Virus record (IMG/VR): IMGVR_UViG_3300045988_098250
Coordinates: 1 to 39,410 of that record
Strand: one strand, 5' to 3'
Source: a virus
Length of the DNA: 39,410 bases
Below are positions 15,826 through 26,183 of this stretch, piece by piece. Every line of letters begins with the position of its first letter. Within the stretch, counting starts at the first letter, position 1. The position numbers and the translations under genes were made by a program. The notes beneath the pieces were generated by a model that worked only from the letters and a program-made list of their open reading frames with translations, was not told the origin of the DNA and did not search any database.

Positions 15826-16659
15826 CTAATAGTAAAACCTGGTATTGAACTTAATTGTATAGTCAGTAGCGCCGTCAACAGCAATATCATTCCAGCCTTT
15901 AACGAAATCAAGATAGGCATGATTAGTCTTAGAATACTGCTCTGTACCGTTAATAGTTGGCACAATCCCGTCAATTACAATTGTGTCTTGCTTAGTGTAA
16001 CTACCGGAAAGCTTAAATACTTGATTAGTAGTGCTATTGGTTATCGTCAAAGCATCTTTCACATTACCGTTAAAAGTAATCTCTACAGGTAATTCATCAG
16101 CTTTTAAATCAATATTAGATGCGTTGTAAACTCTGCAGGGACTTGAATTGAAAACATATTTCAGTTCCATACCATGCGGAATATTAAGGCCTAAGCCCCA
16201 TTTGCCACTTTCATAACTAAAATCACTATCTGCAGTCGTTGCTACTGTTTCAGCAAGTCCTAGTGGACAACTCAAATTAATGGTTGCTGTAGCTTGCCAG
16301 AAGTTTTCTATTTGTGGGTATGAGATAGCTCCATCAACAACACATTTCCAACGTAAATAAGGAATACGATTGGTATAGATGTAAAATGGTTCATCGCTGT
16401 TAAAGATACGCTTTAAATCAAGCCTCTTAAGCTCTAGATCGATCGTATCTTCTGCTTGAATCATTAAAGTTAGTGGAATAGTCATCTTATCAATAACTAC
16501 ATCGGTTAGAACTTGGCCAACTTTGCTTTGTTGCACGTAAGTGTGGGCGTAATTAACGCCCGGTGGCTCAAAAGTAATAACTCTAAAACCTAGTTTGTCC
16601 AAATCGTATTCTGTACCGTCTAATCTTTTAACGAAAATACTAGACAATTGGTACTGCAC
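15826..16659 (-). CDS. Distal tail protein (Dit)
   Basis: 277 aa immediately after the tape measure gene, with a 20-nt overlap. Size and N-terminal pattern (LDGTEYDLDKLGFRVITFEPP) are typical of Sipho_tail family proteins. Confidence 0.72.
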   Translation of the reverse strand: MQYQLSSIFVKRLDGTEYDLDKLGFRVITFEPPGVNYAHTYVQQSKVGQVLTDVVIDKMTIPLTLMIQAEDTIDLELKRLDLKRIFNSDEPFYIYTNRIPYLRWKCVVDGAISYPQIENFWQATATINLSCPLGLAETVATTADSDFSYESGKWGLGLNIPHGMELKYVFNSSPCRVYNASNIDLKADELPVEITFNGNVKDALTITNSTTNQVFKLSGSYTKQDTIVIDGIVPTINGTEQYSKTNHAYLDFVKGWNDIAVDGATDYTIKFNTRFYY

Positions 16660-19600
16660 CTCCTTGTTGCTTAATAGTAATGTCGTGTGCTTGTAACATC
16701 TTAATTGTTGGATAAGTTGCTCTCGCCATCTCTTTATCAGAAACTATAAATTTAATTACTGTATCACCATCAATTGCTTGACCTTGATTATTGACTTTAA
16801 CAATATTTTGACCAGCTACAGTGCTGCTATCAGGTGTTCCATAGCCGGCTACTGAACTATATTTCACTTGTTCCATAATTCTAGCTAATGAAGCCGTAGG
16901 ACTTTCAGGAGCTACTTTAGCACGTTGCAATATAGCCTTATTAATCAAGTGATCTGCCGTTGATTTTTGTGGATTAATAACAAATTCAGGACCATCTTCA
17001 CCAACACCGATCACTTCAGGTTTGTCAAACTCGCCACCGTTACCGTGCCAGCTACCAGAGAACCTTCTATGACCAGTTGGACTCCAACCAGCTCCAAAGT
17101 GAATATCATTTCGCCAGTTAGAATCGTTGAATAATGCCAATAGTTGATCCCAGCCGTGATAAATACTGCCATGACCTTTTACTTTGTAATTGTTAAAAGT
17201 ACTTGTCTTGTATTGCAATAAACCACGTGCTGGTCCAGAACCATCACCATCGGGGTCTGCTCCCGGCTGTGTAGCCCGAGGATTACCACCAGATTCACCA
17301 GCAATCATAGAAATAATTTTTCTGATTTCTAATGGAGTAACAGAAGTGTGCATCGTTTCAGCAGCCTTCTTAATATCTTCGCCCCAACGGTCTGCTCCTG
17401 TTCCTGCTGGGTCTTTAGCATCAGCTGCAATTCCAAATAAATCACTGATTTTGCCAATGAATTTGAAAAAGCCACTCATACCGGGTAGATTCTTAATAAA
17501 TTTCTCTAAGTTAGAGTTGGCCTTTACAGTACCTTCTCCATTTTCATTCTTAAGACCCGGGATTCTGCGATAACTTACTGCTCCTTCGTGGAAGTCTGAA
17601 ACATTAGCCATTCCAATTCCAGAACTTGGGCTCATTGCTGACCATATCTTGCCATTGCCAGCATAAACACCAACGTGATTTCGTCCTCCCGGACCAAAGA
17701 ATACTAAGTCGCCAATTTGTGGATTGCTTACTCCTCGTGACATTGCATATTGGTCACCAGAGTAATGAGGGAAGCTCTTGCCAAAGGCTTTTTGTAAAGC
17801 GTACATAACCAATCCAGAGCAGTCGAAAGCATCAGGACCAGAAGCACCCCATACGTAAGGTTTTCCTTTACCATATTTTTCAACTGCACCTAGAAGGCCA
17901 CCTTCTGCACCACCACCATCAAGTTTGCCAGAAACCATTGACCAGAGTGTTGACCAGAAAGCCTGTACATTCTTGTTAGCTTGATCAAACAAGCCACTAG
18001 CCAGCTCCTTCATGGATCGTTTGCCACTATTAAAGCCTTTAAAATTGAAGATATCCTTCACGTAATCAATTGGGTGAGCAATGATCTTAGTGGCCATGTT
18101 GAATAGGTCTTTTAAGTGACCTGCAGTGTTACCAATCCATGAACCAATGCCACCAAGCCAGCCCATAAAACCAGTACCTTTAGCAAAGTGAGTAATACCC
18201 ATACCTTGCATTACCATAGCTGTTTCAGAAGCATTTAGAACTTCATCACCAGGCATCAGCATAGTGGTTGTATTTCTGCCTTGGAAAATACCAAACTCAC
18301 CGGTTGACGGTCTAAAGAGTGCTTCTTTATTGCCCGTTTCTGGGCTGTCAAAACCATCGTTAACCATTGCTAGGGTCGGTTCAGTAATTGCCCGTCTAGG
18401 ACCACTAAATGCACCAGTACCACTGGCAAACTTCTTAGGGATCTTCTTGATTGTGTCACCTTTTCCACCAAAAGCATAGATGACGGTATTAATGCCGCTA
18501 ATACCAGCGTTAACAATGTCAATCAAGCCACCCATAGCATCTTTACCAAGCTTTTTCATTGCGTCCCACATGTCGCTAAAGATATTTCGAACGCCCTTGG
18601 ATAGACTCTTCCAACCAGCTTTGAAGTTAGGACCAAAGTTGCTTAGCCAGTCTTGCATATCAGAACCAAAACGTGAGGTTCTGTCTTGCATTTTAGACCA
18701 TGCATTGCTTAGATTCTTCCGAGTATCAGACCAACCACGATTCCAATTCTTACTAAAGTTCTTGCTGAAGTCGTCATACCACTTATGGATATTGCTACCC
18801 CAATTACTGGTATTACGCTTCATATCATCAAAGGAATTGATTAGGTTCTTCTTTGCCTTTGACCAGCCGTTATTCCACTTCTTTTTGAACTGACTATTAA
18901 ACTTGTCATACCACTTGTGAGTATCTTTACCCCAATTAGTGGTATTTTTTTGCATTTGTTTAAAGGAATCAGAAAGAGCTTTCTTGTTATTCTTCCAAGC
19001 CTTATCCCACTTCTTACCGAAGTCTTTCATCTGAGATTGAGCATCTTTAAAGAGTGTGCCAAAGAGGTTACCTTTTTTGAAGGCTTTAACGTATCTATTG
19101 TCGTTAAGCCCTTTAACAAAGTTGCCCCAGTTTTTGGATACTTGTTTGCCCCAATTACCAATGCCGGTCCATAATCCTTTGAAGAAATTATGACTGGCTT
19201 TAAGCATGCCGTCCCAGCCTTTTTGGAATGTTTTACCAAGACTATCTACCCATTTTTTGAATTTAGGGTTGTTGTCATATAGTAGTTTTACGGCTCCGCT
19301 AATTGGATTGACAATAAGTAAGGCTAGACCTAACCAATTCTTTTTGATCCAGTTAATCGTGGCTTGCATTCCCTTAGAAATGTTCTTACCTAGATCATCG
19401 ACCCATTTCTTAAACTTAGGATTATTGTCATAAAGAAGTTTAAGTCCTCCACCAATTGGATCAACTAGCATTCTTAATAATGTTGGCCAATTCTTTTTGA
19501 TCCAGTTAACAACTACTTTTAAGCCTTTAACAAAAGACTTATTAAAAGCTTCTACATTACGCACCATGCCATTAAATGACTTACGTACGGTCTCAGCTGC

Positions 19601-21907
19601 TTTATTAACCCATTCTCTAAATGGTTTGATATGCTTATACGCTTCGTAGAAGGCTAGGCCTAGTGCTAATAAAACAGCTAATGTCATACCGAATGGATTA
19701 GCTATAAAAGCACCTTTTAAAGCACCAAAACCATCTTTTAAGGCAATAAAACTAGCTTTAACTTTGTCTACTCCGTTAGCTAATGATGGAAAGGCTTCAC
19801 TTAACCCTATAATGGTTGATTTAGCTGCCTTAATTGTTTTGACGCTAGCTTGTATACCTTCAAATCCGGTTTTGATACCTTTGAAGACTGAAAGCGTACC
19901 TTTTCCGGCTAATGCTGCTGTCACAAATAAAGCAAACGCTTTGCCGAGAAGTTCAATTGCTTGTCTATGCTTAGCTACTTCATCAATAGATTTGCTAGTT
20001 CCTTGCATTTGTGGAATTAGATCAGCTAGCTTTTCTGATATTTTTCCAATAAAATTGCTTATATCTTGAAACAAATCAATTGCTGCAGAAATAGCACCTT
20101 TTGAAAAAATTCCAATGAATTCCCCCATCTCTCTTATAAGTGGGTGAAGATAAACCATGACTGCATTAAAAGCTTGTCCTAGATTTTGAATGATTTTAGT
20201 AATTCCAGAAAAATCTAACGCTAATTTTTGTTTTCCTACGTTTTTTAAACCATCAGCAATACCATTTATTAACTCACTAAATACTTTAAATATGTTGGCA
20301 CTCAGTACTCCTGCTAATCCGGCAATAGATTGAAGCACGGGAGTTAAAGCTTTATTCAAATCCCTGAAAGAGCCACCTATACCATTGAGGTACGTAGAAT
20401 TAAATGCATTACCAATATTAGCCTTAAATGACATGGCAAAAGTATTGACTGTTGACATTAGCACATTGATATTATTGGCAATATTCTTGCTAAAGTTTTC
20501 AAAACTCTTTTCAGCAGCACTAGATGCAATCCAGTTACTCATCTTGCCGAGTAATGGATTCTTTAGATTCTGGAAAGGTTTAACGATAGCACCAGCTAAA
20601 ACAGGAATACGCGCATGAATGGTACGTTCCATACCGTCCATAGTCTGAGAGAAGTTATCAGTAGCATTCTTGTACTTTTTTCCCATTCCTATTAGAACGG
20701 TATTCATTGCATCGGCTGATATTTTGCCTTGAGACATCATATCTCGCACTTGAGATGTAGTTAGCTTACTGTTATGAGTAACTTTTTGCTCGTATGCTAC
20801 CAACTCTTCCATAAACTTAGGGAAGACATTCTGGATTGACATCATATCTTGTGCGTTAGCTTTACCATTACCGATCATTTGAGACCACTGCATCGCAAAG
20901 TTCTTTACCGCATCGTCACTCTGACCAAAAGCATCTTGCAAAGTAAGGACGGATTTAGACAACTCTCTCGTCTTACCTGCAGAGTTAGTAACAGCATAGA
21001 ATTTTTGGTTTAAATCATTAACCATTTCTGTACTGTTTTGTGCTGCAATAGCAAGATCATTAGTTTCTTTAACTAGTTCCTTACCTTTGCCGGCCGAACC
21101 AGTTAAGGTTGTCCACTGAGCAAACATATCTTGCTGTAGCCGATTGTAGTGAGTACCTTCTGTAATTACACCGCCTAAGGTATTTTTGATTACACTTAAG
21201 CCAGCCTGAACAGCATTTGCTGCAAAGTTTCCAATAAATGTTCCTTTAATAATCTCATGAAGTTTTGAGAAGTGTTTTCCTGCATTGTCAGCATTTTTAC
21301 TTGCACTGTCAGTAGCCGATTTAGTTTTATCAGTAGCATCTAAATCAGTATTGTGCTTTTTAGGTACTTTATTGACTTCTTCCTTACTTTGCTGAGCTTT
21401 TGCCTTTACGTCTGTATTATCTGCAGTCTGTTTAGTCTTGGTATCTTTCGGAACTGAGTCAAGTTCTTTTTTAGTTTCCTCAACCTTGGCCTTGGCATCA
21501 GAATTATTAACTTCATTTTTAGTTTCCGTACTCTTAGGTACAGCTTTAAAGGCGTTTTGAAGTTCTACAGTTTTAGACTTAGCTTCATCAGTAACAGCGC
21601 TAAACTTTGTCTCTACTTCTTTAGGTACAGACTTTATTTCTTTATCGGTTTGCTGGGTCTTGTCCTTGACATCCTTGTTATCTAGCGTCCATTTGAATTG
21701 AACTGGCTTACTAAGCTTTTGGTTAACTTCCTTACTGGTCTCATCAGCTTCCTGTTTAACTTTGCTAGTAGATTGTTCAAAGCTATTATCTAGTTTTTTA
21801 CCAGCATCTTTCCCCAGTGCATTCAAGACCTGATCTATCAGTTGAGCATCAGTCTTAACCTTATCAACCGGTATATCAATATCAATAACAATTTTACCGT
21901 CAGCCAT
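16640..21907 (-). CDS. Tape measure protein with C-terminal NlpC/P60 and lytic transglycosylase-like domains
   Basis: 1755 aa. Internal TM/Gly-rich segments and W-rich repeats. YVWGASGPDAFDCSGLV...HVGVY is NlpC/P60. IAGESGGNPRA...GLLQY is SLT-like. Confidence 0.92.
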   Translation of the reverse strand: MADGKIVIDIDIPVDKVKTDAQLIDQVLNALGKDAGKKLDNSFEQSTSKVKQEADETSKEVNQKLSKPVQFKWTLDNKDVKDKTQQTDKEIKSVPKEVETKFSAVTDEAKSKTVELQNAFKAVPKSTETKNEVNNSDAKAKVEETKKELDSVPKDTKTKQTADNTDVKAKAQQSKEEVNKVPKKHNTDLDATDKTKSATDSASKNADNAGKHFSKLHEIIKGTFIGNFAANAVQAGLSVIKNTLGGVITEGTHYNRLQQDMFAQWTTLTGSAGKGKELVKETNDLAIAAQNSTEMVNDLNQKFYAVTNSAGKTRELSKSVLTLQDAFGQSDDAVKNFAMQWSQMIGNGKANAQDMMSIQNVFPKFMEELVAYEQKVTHNSKLTTSQVRDMMSQGKISADAMNTVLIGMGKKYKNATDNFSQTMDGMERTIHARIPVLAGAIVKPFQNLKNPLLGKMSNWIASSAAEKSFENFSKNIANNINVLMSTVNTFAMSFKANIGNAFNSTYLNGIGGSFRDLNKALTPVLQSIAGLAGVLSANIFKVFSELINGIADGLKNVGKQKLALDFSGITKIIQNLGQAFNAVMVYLHPLIREMGEFIGIFSKGAISAAIDLFQDISNFIGKISEKLADLIPQMQGTSKSIDEVAKHRQAIELLGKAFALFVTAALAGKGTLSVFKGIKTGFEGIQASVKTIKAAKSTIIGLSEAFPSLANGVDKVKASFIALKDGFGALKGAFIANPFGMTLAVLLALGLAFYEAYKHIKPFREWVNKAAETVRKSFNGMVRNVEAFNKSFVKGLKVVVNWIKKNWPTLLRMLVDPIGGGLKLLYDNNPKFKKWVDDLGKNISKGMQATINWIKKNWLGLALLIVNPISGAVKLLYDNNPKFKKWVDSLGKTFQKGWDGMLKASHNFFKGLWTGIGNWGKQVSKNWGNFVKGLNDNRYVKAFKKGNLFGTLFKDAQSQMKDFGKKWDKAWKNNKKALSDSFKQMQKNTTNWGKDTHKWYDKFNSQFKKKWNNGWSKAKKNLINSFDDMKRNTSNWGSNIHKWYDDFSKNFSKNWNRGWSDTRKNLSNAWSKMQDRTSRFGSDMQDWLSNFGPNFKAGWKSLSKGVRNIFSDMWDAMKKLGKDAMGGLIDIVNAGISGINTVIYAFGGKGDTIKKIPKKFASGTGAFSGPRRAITEPTLAMVNDGFDSPETGNKEALFRPSTGEFGIFQGRNTTTMLMPGDEVLNASETAMVMQGMGITHFAKGTGFMGWLGGIGSWIGNTAGHLKDLFNMATKIIAHPIDYVKDIFNFKGFNSGKRSMKELASGLFDQANKNVQAFWSTLWSMVSGKLDGGGAEGGLLGAVEKYGKGKPYVWGASGPDAFDCSGLVMYALQKAFGKSFPHYSGDQYAMSRGVSNPQIGDLVFFGPGGRNHVGVYAGNGKIWSAMSPSSGIGMANVSDFHEGAVSYRRIPGLKNENGEGTVKANSNLEKFIKNLPGMSGFFKFIGKISDLFGIAADAKDPAGTGADRWGEDIKKAAETMHTSVTPLEIRKIISMIAGESGGNPRATQPGADPDGDGSGPARGLLQYKTSTFNNYKVKGHGSIYHGWDQLLALFNDSNWRNDIHFGAGWSPTGHRRFSGSWHGNGGEFDKPEVIGVGEDGPEFVINPQKSTADHLINKAILQRAKVAPESPTASLARIMEQVKYSSVAGYGTPDSSTVAGQNIVKVNNQGQAIDGDTVIKFIVSDKEMARATYPTIKMLQAHDITIKQQGGAVPIV
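18545..19025 (-). repeat. About 44-aa Trp-rich repeats (about 3.5 copies) in the tape measure protein
   Basis: KKWDKAWKNNKKALSDSF..., KKKWNNGWSKAKKNLINSF..., SKNWNRGWSDTRKNLSNAW..., KAGWKSLSKGVRNIFSDMW. Boundaries are approximate. Confidence 0.7.
19205..19510 (-). repeat. Tandem 153-nt (51-aa) duplication inside the tape measure gene
   Basis: NWIKKNW...KLLYDNNPKFKKWVD(D/S)LGK occurs twice. The identical string ccaattctttttgatccagtt lies at 19334 and 19487 (period 153). Confidence 0.85.
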
Positions 21908-22531
21908 CTATTTACCTCCCTTCTTTGCTGCTTTAAAAAGAGAGTTGAAAGCTGCAGATAAAGCATTATTACTCAATGCGTCCTGTTCAGACTTGGATTT
22001 ATTAACTCTCAAAGCATAATATTGCTGGAGCTGTGCAACTTTACCTCTTTGTTCGTCTGGTATTTCACTTAAATTCTTTTGTCGTAAGTCAATTATTCTT
22101 TGAATTGGCGTATCTTCATTCAGCCCATCAAAAAGAGCACGGAACACACACCAGTGCATTTTTCCGCGCTCTTTGAGTAGATCTATATGATATTGCATTA
22201 AGAATGACGCATAGATAGCGTCAGCATCTTGCCTATATGAATAAAGCTGTTGTGGAGCTATTTGCATGCCAAAATTCATTGAAGAATTGGACTGATACGG
22301 TGCTTTAGTAATAGTTTCATTGATTAGTTTAAAACTACTCTCAAAGAAATCAGGGTCTAAAGGTAGTTCTTGATCGCCAAAAAACAGACGAATAGCTTTT
22401 TCTTCTTGGTCAGGTTCATCACTCTCTGCTAACTCTAAATACTTAATAACTGTGTCAAAAGCTAAGTTAATGTGATATATTCTGTCGTCAAACTTGATAG
22501 CTGATAAAGGCGTATCAGTTAGACTAAGCAT
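21908..22531 (-). CDS. Tail assembly chaperone-position protein (Gp15-like)
   Basis: 207 aa, between the major tail protein block and the tape measure gene. The call rests on position plus a weak recollection of the Gp15 family. Confidence 0.55.
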   Translation of the reverse strand: MLSLTDTPLSAIKFDDRIYHINLAFDTVIKYLELAESDEPDQEEKAIRLFFGDQELPLDPDFFESSFKLINETITKAPYQSNSSMNFGMQIAPQQLYSYRQDADAIYASFLMQYHIDLLKERGKMHWCVFRALFDGLNEDTPIQRIIDLRQKNLSEIPDEQRGKVAQLQQYYALRVNKSKSEQDALSNNALSAAFNSLFKAAKKGGK

Positions 22532-22541
22532 GATATTAAGC

Positions 22542-22982
22542 CTACATTGATACGCTTGAAGATACAGTTGAAGGAGCAGGCATGTGTTTCAACGCTTTAC
22601 GCTTCTTGTCTTTCAGTTCAACTGATTTATTAGCTTCATCATTCAAAGCATTTAAAACAGCTCCTAAAGCATCGGTTGAGTAGTTGTAATACTTGTAAAG
22701 GCGTTTACCTTCACCATTGCCTAACAACTTGTCTAATGCTGAAATTGCAGCATTTTTTACTGATGCAAAAGTGTTTTCTACATCTTTCTTTTGAGCAGCT
22801 AATTCTTTATTTTCAAAATTAGGATCGTCTAAAGCTTTAAGACCATTCATAACTTCAACAGAGGCCTTTGCAACAGTCTTTTGGAAGTTATCATCAAATA
22901 CGATCTTATAGGCCTTGCCGGCTAATTTAACTTCGACTTTGTTGTCAACTTTAATTCGTTTATCTAAATCAATAACTGACAT
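22542..22982 (-). CDS. Tail assembly chaperone-position protein
   Basis: 146 aa, directly after the major tail protein gene. Position-based call. Confidence 0.55.
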   Translation of the reverse strand: MSVIDLDKRIKVDNKVEVKLAGKAYKIVFDDNFQKTVAKASVEVMNGLKALDDPNFENKELAAQKKDVENTFASVKNAAISALDKLLGNGEGKRLYKYYNYSTDALGAVLNALNDEANKSVELKDKKRKALKHMPAPSTVSSSVSM

Positions 22983-22998
22983 TGGTTACCTCCTAATT

Positions 22999-23595
22999 TT
23001 ATTTTGGCAAATCAGTGTGTTTTTCTGCCAGAGAACTTGCTGGATGTGTGTCATCAACAGCTGCAGTGAAAATTCGGGTCTTGTCAGTCTCGGTTAGCGT
23101 TAATTTACCGTTCGTTGTCTTAGGCGCACCATCAAAAGCAATGGTAAGTGAAAAGTTTTGTTGAGCATCTGCAGCACCACCGGTTGGTGTAATTGCAGTT
23201 AATGTACACTTAGAAACTACTGGCATTCCGTTGTTGATCCATAATACACGTGTTTTTGCAGCTGATCCGATCGCATATTGTTTACTATCAATGTAATCTT
23301 GTGCCGCATCCCCTAAGTAACGCACGCCCTTAACAGCCAGTTGAAGAGATTTTCCAGTTACTTCGGTGTCATCGTGACCGTATCCATCGTAGTAAGCCGT
23401 CTTTTGTGTCTTTTCTTGCCATGATGGTGTAATTTCACTAATACCACGTGCTAACCAAGCCCATTTACCAGTAGTGATATCCGTTAAGTCTTCATCGTTG
23501 TCAGTAGTATCAATGTAAAGACGATTAGCAACGTTTAACGCTGCACCGTCAGTAGGAAGCTCTGTCCCTTTAATTTGAACTAAATTGTTTGCCAT
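22999..23595 (-). CDS. Major tail protein
   Basis: 198 aa in the canonical position after the head-tail joining genes. Strong SD (AAGGAG). Composition is beta-rich. Confidence 0.7.
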   Translation of the reverse strand: MANNLVQIKGTELPTDGAALNVANRLYIDTTDNDEDLTDITTGKWAWLARGISEITPSWQEKTQKTAYYDGYGHDDTEVTGKSLQLAVKGVRYLGDAAQDYIDSKQYAIGSAAKTRVLWINNGMPVVSKCTLTAITPTGGAADAQQNFSLTIAFDGAPKTTNGKLTLTETDKTRIFTAAVDDTHPASSLAEKHTDLPK

Positions 23596-23607
23596 TCTTT
23601 AATCTCC

Positions 23608-24009
23608 TTATTTTGTGTAAACAAAAACAGCAACGTCTAATAAATACGTCACTGTTCCTTGCATATCCTGTTCTGTTTCACTAGGAGCGCTAGATACATC
23701 AATCTTGTCAAAAACAAAATTGCTATTGTCGCTCTTAACCGCTCCTGGCTGTAAATCATCTAAAAATAAACTGATCTTAAAAAGATCATCCTTAATCTCT
23801 CTAGCGCTCTTACCACGCTCTGTAATTGCGTAATTGTATACCCAGTATTCTCTACCACTAAAATCAGTTGAAAGCTTGTGAGAGCCTTGTTCTGGCACTA
23901 AGCCAATAGAGTTATCTGGTGCTAAGTATGCAATCTTGATCGGCAATTCAGTGCCTTTGATAATTGATTGTGCTAGAGCTTCCTGTAGATCAAACTTAAT
24001 ATCACTCAT
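23608..24009 (-). CDS. Head-tail joining / tail terminator-position protein
   Basis: 133 aa. Position-based call. Overlaps the upstream gene by 8 nt. Confidence 0.5.
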   Translation of the reverse strand: MSDIKFDLQEALAQSIIKGTELPIKIAYLAPDNSIGLVPEQGSHKLSTDFSGREYWVYNYAITERGKSAREIKDDLFKISLFLDDLQPGAVKSDNSNFVFDKIDVSSAPSETEQDMQGTVTYLLDVAVFVYTK

Positions 24010-24373
24010 GCCACATTGCGCCCTTTAAAAATTCATTTTTAAGAATTGCCATCTCTGAAAGGTTGCCCTTAAGCCTTAGGTCCCACCGTCTTGATGTTCC
24101 TGCTGTGGTGTAATTATGAATTCTAAATGGACCACCATATTGATTAGTTATAAATCCATAAAACTGTGCCCTTGCATAAGGTACAACATAGTAAACGCTA
24201 GAACCATCAGTTGCTACTTTGGCATAGTCACGTAAATCTCCACTTTTCTTAGGTACGTACTTCTCCATTGCCTGTTGTGCATCATTAGCCATAGCTAAAC
24301 GCCCACGTCTTAACTGAGCTTCACTGAATTTGTGGTTCATGATATTAAGATTCGTCCTAACTCTAATTCCCAT
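24002..24373 (-). CDS. Head-tail joining protein (HK97 gp10-like position)
   Basis: 123 aa. Position-based call. Confidence 0.5.
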   Translation of the reverse strand: MGIRVRTNLNIMNHKFSEAQLRRGRLAMANDAQQAMEKYVPKKSGDLRDYAKVATDGSSVYYVVPYARAQFYGFITNQYGGPFRIHNYTTAGTSRRWDLRLKGNLSEMAILKNEFLKGAMWHE

Positions 24374-24382
24374 GCTATCACC

Positions 24383-24733
24383 TCAAATCATTGTTAGCCT
24401 ATATTGATAGATTTCTTTGCTAAAAGGCTCGTAGTCTTCGTTTATATTGGTTAGCGTGTATTCCTGACCTTCATAGATAATCTTTGCCTTATTCTCAATA
24501 TCTTGCTTAGATAGTGAAATAAGTGGCTCTGATATATCTTTATATATCATCACAGTACCATTTGCGACAATCTGCCGATTGTTGTTAGTGCCTGAATAGA
24601 TAGTCCGTAAATGAACTACGCAATTATCAATCTGAACACCATCATCGTAAGTGGCTTCACCATATAAATCATCTTTAACTTTGCGTCTGATGATAATGGA
24701 TTGATTGCACATTGACTTTGGCGGCTTTAACAT
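24383..24733 (-). CDS. Head closure-position protein
   Basis: 116 aa. Position-based call. Confidence 0.5.
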   Translation of the reverse strand: MLKPPKSMCNQSIIIRRKVKDDLYGEATYDDGVQIDNCVVHLRTIYSGTNNNRQIVANGTVMIYKDISEPLISLSKQDIENKAKIIYEGQEYTLTNINEDYEPFSKEIYQYRLTMI

Positions 24734-25134
24734 GATGAAACACCTCTATACAGCAAGCCAGTATAGAAAAGATATTCTAATGCTAGATTGTATACACCAT
24801 TAGTTGCCGAATCCGTTGGACTAGTACCTGTTGAGACGCTTGTTCCATCGATTGAGACACTTTTAATGTCTTTTTGGGCCATCTCATATGTACTAGTCGC
24901 ACCAATATCGTCCATATACTCAATCTGCAAAGCCAGAGCCTTCTTAAACCACTTAACACGATTCGTATCAGTATCTTCATCAATTGAATTGCGTTCATAA
25001 TACATCCCTGTTAAGGGATTAATCATGTTCTCAGCGGCTTTTTCAAGAGTATCAAAATCAGCATTAGTAGATTTATTTGTTAGTTCTTGAAATTCTTCTT
25101 GGCTAAGTAATTGCATCAAGAACCTCCTACTCAA
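24727..25134 (-). CDS. Head-tail connector / adaptor-position protein
   Basis: 135 aa, first gene after the major capsid gene. Position-based call. Confidence 0.5.
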   Translation of the reverse strand: MSRRFLMQLLSQEEFQELTNKSTNADFDTLEKAAENMINPLTGMYYERNSIDEDTDTNRVKWFKKALALQIEYMDDIGATSTYEMAQKDIKSVSIDGTSVSTGTSPTDSATNGVYNLALEYLFYTGLLYRGVSSC

Positions 25135-25141
25135 TTAATTG

Positions 25142-26179
25142 TTATTTTCCTAGACCGCTTGTTGCTTTTGGAGTGCTAGCAGGTACAAATAACGGATCAA
25201 GTTGGAATTTGTATTGAACTAAACGTACATTGCGTACATCCATTCCCTTTGGTAATGTCCATGCTGCTTTCTTCTTGAAATCGTCTGGAGTTGGGAAGTT
25301 AGGCTTGTCTGGTACAAAGGCTGGATCAATGGAAATGCCTGCTGGATGGATACAGCCAACACGCTTTTGAACAACACTTTCACGTCCACCTTGTTTAAGT
25401 GGCTCGTCTACTACTTTTGTGCCGTAAAGTTGACTAGAGTAACGAACAGCACCAGCTCCAAACAAGTAAGCTACTGATGTAGATTTGCTGCTTGCTGTTT
25501 CTACTGGAATAGCATCATCAATAACTACCTGCTTACCGTTATATACATTAATTGGATTCCCACCGTTTGAAGGCTGAATAGTATCAATTAAGTTTTGTGC
25601 TTTCATCATTGCGTAAGTTGCTGAGTTAACAGCAATGCCGGTTAATAAGTTTTCTGGTTGATCTCCCATTAATCCTAGTGCAGCAATAAATCCTTTTGCG
25701 CTAAATTCAGCACTAGTTGGGGACTTTGCAGTTAAGTCTAAGATTTTTGCGTTTGCTACATCATCAACTTGGAATGCACCATTCAAAACAGCGAGCAACA
25801 TAGTTTCGTCACAAGCGTTCCAAAATTTAGAGAAACGACTACCAATTCGTTCAGAAACTGGTGCTCCTGAAATTAATGTTGAAATATCAGTTTGACCGAA
25901 AGCTTTTGCTTGATAGAACTTCATACCGACTTGTGAACCTGAAGTAAGGTTTGATACCTCAATATCTGCATCATCTGTCCAATTATCGGCATCTCCCTCT
26001 AAGTCATTAATGAAAGGAATGATAACTTTTGTACCTGCATCCATTAATCTATCGCCTAAATCAGTATCGGGAGTAAGAATACCTGAATTTACTAGATTAT
26101 TTGTCTTTGTAGAATCATTTTGCACCCAGTTATCAAAAACTTCTGGGATAATAAGGTCTTTTAAGTGTGTTTCTGCCAT
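25142..26179 (-). CDS. Major capsid protein
   Basis: 345 aa immediately after the scaffold gene. Size, position and N-terminus (MAETHLKDLIIPEVFDNW) fit major capsid proteins of scaffold-dependent Firmicutes siphoviruses. Confidence 0.8.
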   Translation of the reverse strand: MAETHLKDLIIPEVFDNWVQNDSTKTNNLVNSGILTPDTDLGDRLMDAGTKVIIPFINDLEGDADNWTDDADIEVSNLTSGSQVGMKFYQAKAFGQTDISTLISGAPVSERIGSRFSKFWNACDETMLLAVLNGAFQVDDVANAKILDLTAKSPTSAEFSAKGFIAALGLMGDQPENLLTGIAVNSATYAMMKAQNLIDTIQPSNGGNPINVYNGKQVVIDDAIPVETASSKSTSVAYLFGAGAVRYSSQLYGTKVVDEPLKQGGRESVVQKRVGCIHPAGISIDPAFVPDKPNFPTPDDFKKKAAWTLPKGMDVRNVRLVQYKFQLDPLFVPASTPKATSGLGK

Positions 26180-26183
26180 TTAT

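Noticed and set aside
17190-20618. A series of plus-strand ORFs (60-137 aa) inside the tape measure gene.
   Set aside because: They are antisense shadows of a 5.3-kb minus-strand ORF. They have no SDs and give Ser/Pro/Leu-rich nonsense translations.
21908-22982. Programmed -1 frameshift joining the two tail-chaperone-position ORFs (the G/GT paradigm).
   Set aside because: The two ORFs are separated by a stop and a 10-nt spacer, and the second has its own start. I saw no overlapping frame or slippery heptamer at the end of the first ORF.
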